DNA of 48,982 nt from Piedraia hortae CBS 480.64 (Eukaryota), in NCBI GenBank assembly GCA_010093745.1, contig MU005970.1:267549-316530 (forward strand), written 5' to 3'. Below are positions 35,895 through 46,275 of the stretch, in pieces (the stretch's first letter is position 1; every line of letters begins with the position of its first letter). Under the pieces are notes generated by a model. It made no database searches. It was not told the DNA's origin and saw nothing but the letters and a program-made list of their open reading frames with translations. A program made the translations under genes and the position numbers.

Positions 35895-36661
35895 TGCGAT
35901 TCGGAGAAGTCTTCAGTGTAATTGCCACTATAGATGTCGGTCGGCAAAGTCTTGGCGCTCAGATACACGGAGAGAAGTTCGACACATCACAACACACATA
36001 ATTTATACACGATTGTGGTCCGCTATCCCCACTTTTGGACGGCTCAAAAGGCCTACCATCGAATGACCACAATCTTGTTTGGAAATCCGATCAATCGGAG
36101 AGCCAGCTGACAAGGCACCACTAGGATGCATGTATCATTGATTAGACCATGGTGGCAGTGATACCATTATATTAGACAGATTCGTCTGGGTTGGTATCTT
36201 GCGGTCAATCTAGCCAGCAGAGGCCATCCAATCTTGACCATCTCTTATGAGTCCATCTGGCTCTTCGATTTTGATTTGATGCTCATCAAAAGCATTGGCT
36301 CCAAAGGCCCAATCTAACCCAAATAGGATGTTTTTCGGACGAAACACGCTAATGCCGGCTGAATTGGAGGTCTGGCCGCGGCGCTTTGACTGTGAAGGGC
36401 GAGCGAAACAGGGACGGCCGTCACCTCACTCCTTTACACTTGCGCACCTATTTCCTATTTCCCATTGCTATTCCCTAATCCACTGTTGCCTGGTCGCGAC
36501 AGTAGCAAACAATTGGGGCACTCGAGGCACGTGAAGATCAGAGCGTTCGCTCACGCGCGCCACATACCCAGAAGGGACTGGCACTTGTTACCCTAACGAG
36601 CGTTTGTTGCAAGCAGGATCTGCCTAACGCTGCTTCGCCACACTCGCTTTGCACGTCAAAC

Positions 36662-38545
36662 ATGCGTAAGTTCTATGCCAGCGCGACGACTGTAGCAATG
36701 GCAGCTGACAGACATGGCGTGTAGATTCCATCAAAAAGGCCGCGCGACGCGAGGCCTGGTTCGATAGCGACCCGGATAACAAGACATACAACCCGTTTGG
36801 CCGTATTGGCAATCGAGGACCGCGCCGTCCGTCAGACATCGAACAGGGCGCTTTGCAGCACCGCCGTACCGATGGCGACGTGCAGTCGCCCTCTCAAGAG
36901 CAGAGGCTACTAGATGGCCGGGCGGACGGTATTCAAAAGTCAGGCACATTCCCCACCGGGCCTGGCGACCATTTGCCCAACCATCGCCAGCAGGAATTAG
37001 CCGAGGGAATCAGCCCCTATGCGCCGCTGAATGGCGGCCAGGTTAACGGCTCCGATGGCGAAAAGACGGCGACCCAGCCAGAGCCCGCTCCGCCTGCTGC
37101 GGGCGAAACCCATCAGCCGGTCGGGGCCGAAGGTGCACGGAAGCGCAAATCGCGCAAGTTCCTTCCATGGAAGAAGGACGAGACCGGCGCAGATATGGAG
37201 CGCACGAATACGAGTTTGTCGCAGAAGAAGAAGTTCCCCAAGTTGTCCATAATGAGTCAGATCAGGGCCGTCTTCGGATCTTGGATCAACATCATGCTGG
37301 TTTTCGTACCGGTCGGGATTGCGCTCGAGTACGCTCACGTCAACAAGATTCTCGTCTTCATCATGAACTTCCTGGCCATTATTCCGCTGGCAGCCATGCT
37401 TTCGTACGCCACCGAGGAGCTGGCCATGTACATTGGCGAGACGCTCGGCGGTCTGCTCAACGCCACGTTCGGCAACGCCGTCGAGCTGATTGTCAGTATC
37501 ATCGCTCTGACGCAGGGAAAGATTCTCATCGTGCAAACGTCGCTCATCGGGAGCATGTTGTCCAATCTGCTGCTTGTGCTCGGCATGTGCTTCTATTTTG
37601 GCGGAATGAGGCGCGAGGAACAGTACTTCAACCTCACTGTAGCCCAGACGGCCTCGTCGCTGCTTTCCCTGGCTATTGGTTCACTCATCATCCCTACCGC
37701 GTTTGTGTCTTTTGCCAACGTCGACAAGGGGGCGACTCCGGCTTCGCGTGGCACTGCCGTCATGCTGCTGTTCGTGTACGGGGCATATCTCATTTTCCAG
37801 CTGCACACCCATGCCACCATGTACAATGAACCGTCGCGAAAATCGCCCAAGAAGCCATCGAACCGGAGGGGCGTTGGCGAGATGACAAGGAGCCTTGCTC
37901 ACATGGGAGCTGGCACCGGATCTGCCAAGGCCCACGAGGCCGAGAAGCAGGCCGAGAGGCCCAAGGAAGATGAGGCCGCGAATCAGGAAGACCAAGAAGA
38001 AGAGGAAACGCCGCAGTTGACGGTGCTGGGTGCCATTATCACTCTAGCCGGCTCGACGGTGCTTATTGCCCTGTGCGCCGAATACATGGTTAGCTCCATC
38101 AATGAAGTCGCCAAGAGCGTGTCGCCCGAGTTTATTGGCCTGATCTTGCTGCCGATTGTCGGTAACGCGGCTGAGCACGCGACTGCTGTGACGGTTGCCA
38201 TCAAGGACAAGATGGATCTCGCTATTGGAGTCGCCGTCGGCTCGTCTCTGCAGATTGCGCTGCTGGTGCTACCGTTTATGGTGTGTCTGAACTGGTGGGG
38301 AGTGGGCAGCCCGGCTGTCTTGTCCCTCAGCTTCGACGGCTTCCAGGTCTGTGTCCTCTTCATTGCCGTCATCCTCGTCAACTATGTTATCAATGTAAGT
38401 CAACTTCAACCCATTCACTTCTCAGCTGACCACAAAACAGGATGGCAAATCACACTGGCTCGAGGGCATCATGCTGACCATTACGTACATGATCATCGCC
38501 GTGTCTGCTTGGTTCTACCCTGCGAGTGGCGATGTTGCTGGTTAG
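36662..38545 (+). CDS. VCX1: Vacuolar Ca2+/H+ exchanger (CAX family), 3 exons
   Basis: GNAVE and GNAAEH alpha repeats with an acidic loop. First coding exon is ATGC; introns 36666-36724 and 38395-38440; the last exon supplies DGKSHWLEG. Confidence 0.92.
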
Positions 38546-38726
38546 TTCAGCTTGTCGCTTCGGGAGTTCCGGCGTTTTCTTTCTGCCTTCTCACTCAGCG
38601 GCGAGCAAATGTCTTTAATAGTGTTCTGTATCAATTCGAAAGTGCTTTGAACATTGCCATAGTACGCGAATTGCAGAAAAGTGAGGAGCAGCTTGCGTGG
38701 CCCAGCTGAGTCAGAAGGCTTACAAA

Positions 38727-41517
38727 CTATCCACTTTGGGTATTCTTGGCGCAGATCATGCCTTCTAGCCCCGGTTCCGCGTCTACCAGGATCTGGCACT
38801 CGTTGACGAAATCTTCGGTGCCGTGGCCATGTTCTCTCGCAACTTTCGATAGTGCCCTCACTACTCCTCTCAATTCTTCGCTAGACCCACGTGTTTCATC
38901 ACTGAGCCAGGCAAGACAGGCACTCTTCATGATCTCCGCACGGTAGCGATAAACCCTTGGCGCACAAGTCTGAATCACTACGATCATGATTCTTGCCAAA
39001 ATGTTCGTTTGATGTGAAGACTTGCTCCGTCCCAGCTCAGTCACGAGTATTGGAATAATGAACTTCATATGTTTCACCGTTTCAATCCCCATGTCTTGCA
39101 TTATCGGAATCAACCATTGAAGCAATTCCGCTGCTAAATGGGGATCTGATTCGGCAAAGCCGTGAGCGGAGAGGATCTTCCGCATCAGCGTATCGAGGAA
39201 GGCGAGCTTGTTATTCTGCTTGTTTGCAAGGACGATCAAGGCAGGGATCGTGTGAGAGATGAGCTCTATTGACTCCTCGGGGGACGTTGAAGGAGGCATA
39301 TAATGCATGCTTGCTAATAGAGTAGAAGACAATATCTCATCGAGACCTGTGCGATGGAGCAAGTCTGCAGAGGCAAGTTCAAAGAGGCGCTTGCTCGAGT
39401 TTGCGCCGATGCATTTGTATCGAATCTCCCAATCATCGAGTAGCGTGAGGAGCGGAGGTATGACGAGATGCCAGTATTGCCTTAAAACAGAGGGGGTCAA
39501 AGAATGCACTGTCCACTGAAGGAGTTCGAGGGCATATGCATTCTTTTTCTCCTTCCAAGCTACGTCTTGAAGGACCATAGGGCTTGGATTTAGGGGCAAA
39601 GTCTCGCCCATTACTTTACGTCCTTGTTCAGTGATGTTGGTTGGCCTGGCCTTGAAAAGAGGACGAATCGTGAGCTCGAGAAAATGAACGGCAAGGTCAT
39701 GCGACAGCTCACCTCTGTGGTCTTTGACGGCCTCTATCACCTTCGCCGGATCTGTTTCTTCTGCATGGCGCAACTGGTATGCAGCAGCAACGTCCAATGC
39801 ATCCTTTAGCCATGGTCCAGGCATGGTGTTCAGTGCTTTTGTCAAACTAGTGCCATCGACGATCAGCTTCATTGCATAGGCGTCGAGAATCGAGAGCGAC
39901 TTGAGGCGTTCAAGAAGAGCAGAGTACCTGCGCTCAGTTGCTCGAAAGGGTTAATAACATCAACGCTGCGATACAAGGAAACATACCTTCGATCGAGCCC
40001 GGATTATCAGCCACCTCGACCAAAAAGCTGTACAAGACTTGACTGCGCCAGGAAGGTCCCAATTTGCGGATGAACATTCCAAGAATATCACGGGCGCCGG
40101 CATTTTTGCCATCAGGCCCGCGCTTTTGCTGATTGAATTTCTCAACCACACTGGCTATTTCACCCTGGTTGGCCAGGGAAGTCTCAATAACGCTCGACAC
40201 TTTGTTTGGAGCCTTGAAACCGCTTCTTGCCACTCGCACAGCCAAAGGGATAGCCTTTTGCTTCTTGTCCTTTGGCGGTGGAGGTGCGTCACGATAGGGT
40301 ACAATGGCCGCCAAAAGCCATGCCATATAGCGTTCTTGTCCATTCCTCACGAGGGTTTGCATGGACAGGGATTCGGCATCGATTTCATCTCGCAAAGTGC
40401 CAATGACAGACTGCCAATCCCCGATGTCTGGCTTGTAGTCGTCTACAGCATCTACTTCAGGATCACAAAATACTGTATCATACAAGCCACATGAGAATAT
40501 CAGACGCAATGCTTCGTGCGGGTCAGGACCACGGAGAGCCTTTTCGAGTTCCACGCCGATCCGCTCCCGGCTTATCTTTCGTTTCAGAGCATCTTTGATC
40601 GATTGATCGCTCATGGCCTCAAGTGCCTCGTCGTCTATGGTATAGCCCAGACGACTAGCAAAGCGAATTAGCCTGAGGACACGCAAAGGATCATCCTTAA
40701 ATGTTTGAAAAGGTTCAAGAGGAGTTCGTATTATCTTCTTGTGCATGTCTTGACGCCCTTTACCCGTAAAGTCTTCGACTTCTTGCGAGTGGAGGTTGTA
40801 AAACATGGCATTGACTGTAGCATCTCTGCGCAATGCGTCTTCCAACGGCGTGCCAACCTCCATCTGTGGGTTACGACTGTCCTCACTGTAAGTTTCCTTG
40901 CGCAGATTCACCAGATCAAGGTCGAATCCGAGCAGCTTTGTTGTTACCGTCTCCAAGTGCTTTGACTTTTCCGGGTTGGCATCAATCTTGTGAATGCCAC
41001 CGAGAGATGACGGTGTCTTTGGGTCTTGGTCAGATAAGCCATATTTGGCGAGATTGCCGGGGATCTCGAGGTAATCCTTCAGCTGCAAGGCAAATTGATA
41101 CCCGGTCATTATGTTGATGGCCACATCTATGTCGTTACTTTGCACGCCAAGCAACTTGTCTCGGACCCATCCCCCTGTGAAGCGGAGGACGATGCGGTCT
41201 GAGTTTGGTGTCTTCGAATTTTGATCAATGTGTTCAGCAGCGTCGAGAAGCAAAGCACGGAGAGAAGACTCGGCGGGAGTGAGATGGATGGGTTTGAAGC
41301 CATCATCACCGTCAATTTCTTGAATCAAACCTGATGTCATTGTGGGCGTGGCAGTGCTCAGTTTACGGCGTTTGGGTGGGTGTGATGTTGACCGTGTCAA
41401 CATCACTGGCCGCTGAACAGCAGCAACACGGCAAGAGACAACGGAAACACGAGCACGTCTACCTGCAGCCAGACCGGAGCCGAACCTCTGCGCTGTTGTC
41501 ACGCCCGCGCGTCTCAT
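38727..41517 (-). CDS. CCA1: CCA tRNA nucleotidyltransferase with fused C-terminal Tti2-like domain
   Basis: GGWVRDKLL, DIDVA, RRDATVNA and DDPLRVLR class II CCA motifs. Intron 39941-39986 links in frame to ORF 38727..39872, which starts with the CCA tail (VDGTSL...PGPW...YQL) and continues into a Tti2-like region. Confidence 0.88.
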
Positions 41518-41607
41518 TGCAGAAGTGCGGCCGAGATTCAGCCGACGTCACGGCAACAACTGGCTACAGGCCATGAGCCGGAAGCGGACAGCAGCCTCTC
41601 CTAGACG

Positions 41608-43866
41608 ATGTCAGATGAGCCGCAAGACTCGGAGGCAGACCCGGTGCTCAAGACACCGCGCTCGAGACCGGGCCATTCATATCGCCATTCAAGCCCCTCG
41701 TTCAGACACATCACCAGCCCGGCTTACCATGGCCGTCTCTCTCTGGGCGGCACCGCGACTCCCCCAGCCAGAACCCGCGGCAGTGTATCATCTGGTCGGA
41801 GATCGTCATCCCCCTCTCATCCCGCAGGGGTCCACAGCGAGGCGCGGGCACTTATCGTACGAGCTTTTGCGCCCCACGTGGCCGTTCTGCCATCTCCAGA
41901 CACTGAAGAGCTGTTGAGACAAAAGGGGATTGGCGGTGGCCTGCTGCAGCTGCTCCGTCCGTTTGGGGAACATGTACAAGGCAAAGTCACGATCCGGGAC
42001 AGCAGCGGGGTTAACAAGTCCTGGGACGACTTTGGCATACGATTCGTAGGGATCAGGGATTATCTTGACACCGAGACGGCGGAAAACGGACGGCGGCCGT
42101 CGGTGTTCGACTACAAGTCACCGCGCCTTCGGACCGGAGGATATATTCCCCATCTTGAGCAGCTGGTGGAGCGACACTTGACTTTTGTCGAAGAGCAATC
42201 TAGCCCCTTTGACGCAGACTATGAATTCTCTCGGCCACAAAACCCCGGGGCTACGTCCCCTTTTTACTTGCTACACCTACGTCGTCTCATGTCCGGCTTA
42301 CCGCTGGTGCCTTCAGAAACATTTTCCCATCCCGTTGCATTGGTGATCACTGTCTCTTCCCGCTGTGCTGCGCCAATCGAGGAGCTCAGTAGGCTCTATT
42401 TATCTTCTAATCAGGCCGAGGATCGGCTACCGCCCTGGGTGCACAATGAATTTCTACGATACTATGTTTTAGTCCATGACGAAAGTCGCGACGACATTGC
42501 CCAAACCATGGCGCTGTTCGATCAAATGAAGAGACATTTCGGCCTACATTGCCACCTGCTTCGGCTGATCAGTACACAGTGTGGCTGCTCAGATGAAGGT
42601 TCCATAAAACTGCCCATGTGCGAGTGGATGTCTGCATCCGAGGAGCTGGCGGAGATTGTAAGGTGCGAAGCCGACGAGGAGAATGGGCCACAGGTGCCGT
42701 ATATCCTTGAGTCAGATGCCGCTGCGCTACGAGCTTTTGTACGGGAAATGGTTACCCAATCCATAGTGCCGTCAATGGAGCGTGCGTCAGCCACTTGGAA
42801 CGACCAAGTTGCATCTCGCAGGCGAGGCTTGAGCGGAAGATTTGTCTCGCTTTCCAAACGCTTTACCACCTTTGGTGGCAAATCCGCCGTTGGTCCGGCC
42901 TTGGGAGCAGGAGGGGGCAATTATGACAGTGTACAAGGCGTATACCGTCCAGACGCTGCCGAAGCCGTAATGCGTAAGCTGGCCGACTATGCTGTTATGC
43001 TTAGAGATTACCGCCTCGCACACGGCACGTATAAGATACTCTGTCAAGATTTCAAGCACGACAGGGCCTGGAAATATTACGCCGCCGCCAGCGAGATGAC
43101 AGCGGTGACGGCTCTTCTGTCCCTTGGCCACCTCGGTGCCAAAGCCCAGGCAGAGATGGTGGACCAGCAGCTGGAGTCTGCTTATTACTCGTACACCACT
43201 CGCGTGCAGTCGCCATTCTACGCATTACGCACTATCATAGTGGGCGCAGAACTTCTCAAAGTGTGCGGTGGGCATGCCTTGGATGACGCAGCAAATTGGT
43301 TCAATCGCCTCATTAATGACAACGTCGTAGGGCCAGTGGGGCGTGCTTTGATAATGGAGCGCATTGCTAGCTGCTGCGAAGAGAAGAAACGTTCCCCAAG
43401 AAGAAGAAAAGCAGCCTTTTGGCATCTCCTAGCGGCAGACACATGGCTGAGCATGGATAAAGCAAGGCAAGGACAGAGAAATCTCTCCGAAGCGGTGCGA
43501 CTATATGGAGTCAATGACGGTCGTCTTACTTTTGATGGCATGTTGAGTTTCATAAAATCTTTACAGCACGCAGTTGAAGAAGGTACCCGACACTTTGATG
43601 AGCCGCCAGAGGTCGAAAGCGAAGAAGTTCATCTACAGAATGAGCCCCTTTCTTCCCCACATGGCTCTCCTGTTGTTCATCGCAAGAGTCTTAGCATCTC
43701 CACGGCCGCGTCTAAAAATGTCTTTGACGACCCTCTTGGTGCTGTGCCAAGCGCATACGACAAACAAGAAAGGCTCTTGGACGATCCCCTGAGTCCGCAC
43801 ACGACGATTACGACACCCGCTGCTGTACCTGAACGGAAGGACCCCAGAGAAGATGGGTTTGAGTAG
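41608..43866 (+). CDS. TRS85: TRAPPIII-specific subunit Trs85 / TRAPPC8
   Basis: LLRPFG, ETFSHPVA, LRYYVLVHD, MKRHFGLHCHLL, MRKLADYA and RKAAFW motifs; intronless. Confidence 0.92.
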   Translation: MSDEPQDSEADPVLKTPRSRPGHSYRHSSPSFRHITSPAYHGRLSLGGTATPPARTRGSVSSGRRSSSPSHPAGVHSEARALIVRAFAPHVAVLPSPDTEELLRQKGIGGGLLQLLRPFGEHVQGKVTIRDSSGVNKSWDDFGIRFVGIRDYLDTETAENGRRPSVFDYKSPRLRTGGYIPHLEQLVERHLTFVEEQSSPFDADYEFSRPQNPGATSPFYLLHLRRLMSGLPLVPSETFSHPVALVITVSSRCAAPIEELSRLYLSSNQAEDRLPPWVHNEFLRYYVLVHDESRDDIAQTMALFDQMKRHFGLHCHLLRLISTQCGCSDEGSIKLPMCEWMSASEELAEIVRCEADEENGPQVPYILESDAAALRAFVREMVTQSIVPSMERASATWNDQVASRRRGLSGRFVSLSKRFTTFGGKSAVGPALGAGGGNYDSVQGVYRPDAAEAVMRKLADYAVMLRDYRLAHGTYKILCQDFKHDRAWKYYAAASEMTAVTALLSLGHLGAKAQAEMVDQQLESAYYSYTTRVQSPFYALRTIIVGAELLKVCGGHALDDAANWFNRLINDNVVGPVGRALIMERIASCCEEKKRSPRRRKAAFWHLLAADTWLSMDKARQGQRNLSEAVRLYGVNDGRLTFDGMLSFIKSLQHAVEEGTRHFDEPPEVESEEVHLQNEPLSSPHGSPVVHRKSLSISTAASKNVFDDPLGAVPSAYDKQERLLDDPLSPHTTITTPAAVPERKDPREDGFE

Positions 43867-46275
43867 ACTAATTTTGTCTGGCGTTGACCTTTTTCCAGTC
43901 CCAGCGGTATGTATACGGATTGAGCAACGCCAGGAGTTGCTGGTCCCCACATAGAGGGTGCAATTTCATACGCATATTTGAAAGGCTTCCATTTCTCAAT
44001 CAAGCCCAATGGTACAGTATCTCGTCTACCATTTGATGTGAAGGGTTGTTTCGCACGACTTCTGCGGTCGAGCTGAAACCATCCTCACGCAGCTATCTCT
44101 CGGCGTCGTTCTTATGTCGGACCTTCGATGTTGACAGATGAAATGCCTGCGCCATTCAAGATAACAAGATACGGATTGCTGGAAACCGACTTCCTCAAAT
44201 TGCATCATGTGCCCCAGGGAGAAGATCAAGGTTGGGCAAACTCTACCGTGACTAGGAAAATTAAGAGTTCGAACGAAAAATTGTAAATTGTAGGCGAAAG
44301 AATTGCCCAGAGAATGCATTCCTGACATTGCATAGGGCGCAGTGCTTGAGCTTGACTTCTCGATCTAGGCAGGTTTGTCCAGCCAACACAAGTGGTCGAG
44401 CCAGTCTTGACATGGGTTCACTGCAAGTTGCAAGACTACGCTTTCCAGAAACCGGTCATCAAATTCAACCGGGGAATGGCAGTCCATAGATTAGGCCATC
44501 AGGACCTCCATATGAGACGGCGGTTGCAGCGATTCTATCAGACTTTAGGGAAGTGATATTCCGTTACGTCAAAGGTAACCCACGGCTTGGTCAACAAAAT
44601 ACAATGCTCTAGGCAAATTAAAGAAGCTAACGACTGTAAAATGTCCCTTGAAGTGCACAAGCCTCTACCAGGCAATGAGGATGGATTCTCAATGATCGTT
44701 TCAACCTTCTTGATGCCAGCCTGAGACTGGTTTGACCTGTGAAACCCAGCATTTGAAAAGATCATTGGGCGACTTGAAGGACCAAGATACCTTCTCACAT
44801 TGAGTATGGCCATGATGCTAAAGATCTACGTCCGGCGATGGATACGACGACTATTCATTTTACCCGAAAGTGACTTTCTGCTGCATGTAAACTGTAACCG
44901 CACCCGATGGGAGAAGGTCGTTGCAAAATACAACAGCAAGATATGTTAAAAATTCTCGAGGAGCACCAGAAAATTGCTCGTCTCTCAGTCCTTGATCCGC
45001 ATGATCTACAAATATTAACTTACAATGCCAAGCCACTCGTAGCCATTATCGCAGATCCAAACTATTCATAGCTTGTTGTCGCTGTTCCTAAGAATGATTG
45101 CCTTGACGATGGCCACAAGTTTTGACTATTTTACTCACTTCGGCTTTGGAAAGGCCTATAGCTCTTGTATTCTAATCGGTTCACGCCGTGTGCCAAGAGA
45201 AGGCGCAAATGGCCCGCACTTACACCGCTCACACATGCTTGAACTCTCAGAGTCTTTGAATGATCAACTTAACCACAACGCTTTATTGAAGAGATGGCCG
45301 TCTCACTAGGCTTTTGCAACACACCGAGGGTTAGTACTGCGACCTCTCAAAGCACTGTGAAGCCTCCTTCCTTAGGACAATTCCTTCCTAACATTCAGAA
45401 TCACACATCCTCTCGAAAGAGTCTGGTAGTAAATAATTCCAGTTCATTACAAAACTCAACCCTCAATTGTCTACATGCTTGCAGAGAGTTTTCACAACTT
45501 AACGCTCACCAGCAATTCGACATGCGAAATATACACAGCTCCTACCAACTTTCAAATGCATATACGTGGGTCACGTTGTCGGACCCTGGCCAACGGCTTT
45601 TCAGGTGGCCTTGTCCAGTCATGTAAGCCCTTATCAAACGGTTGATCCACAGACGGACGATATGTCACATCATTGAGCAGTGGCCAGAATACAGAGATGA
45701 TGATGGAGAGGGCTGCTCCGAAACAGCAATGACACAGATCGTGCGACCAACGTGTGCCTGGAAAACAGGATGACACAAGCAACGGATGCATGCAGGCCCA
45801 ATGGAGGCCGCACGACGTAAACCATTGCTCATCCATGGGCCATGGCGAGGGGCAGGGCCGGTGCGACCTCCCTATCACAAGTGAGACAAGTCTCGGGGAG
45901 GGGTGGGGATAGTGGGGAGAAGGGGGAGTGGGGGAAAGGGCACGCGACAGTAGCGTCGCGCCGGACGGAATGCGACGTCATCGCTCGTGATCGAAATGCG
46001 CGCACTTTTGCTTTTCGCGACAACAACAACAATCACAACGGCGCAAAACAAAAGACGCGACAGAGACGACGTCGCGTGTCGACCGCTGAGCGCCACTAGT
46101 GTTGCGCGCGAAACGAAAGCAAGGGCCAGCCGCGCTGCCATTGGAATATCCTCCCATTGTTGCCTTGCGCCACCAATCCGTGTTCTCTCCTCGCGCTCAG
46201 CTCGCCCACTCCGCGTGCGGTGCAGCCTCACAGGGATGCCATTTTTGTCTGAAACTTCCGCCACCCCCGCCCAAC

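Noticed and set aside
38546..38709. C-terminal tail of the 618 aa VCX1 ORF
   Set aside because: Read-through of intron 38395-38440; the spliced frame ends at 38545.
38727..39872. Stand-alone TTI2 gene separate from CCA1
   Set aside because: Its first ~50 codons encode the CCA1 C-terminal tail and there is no room for a promoter, so it is treated as a fusion exon.
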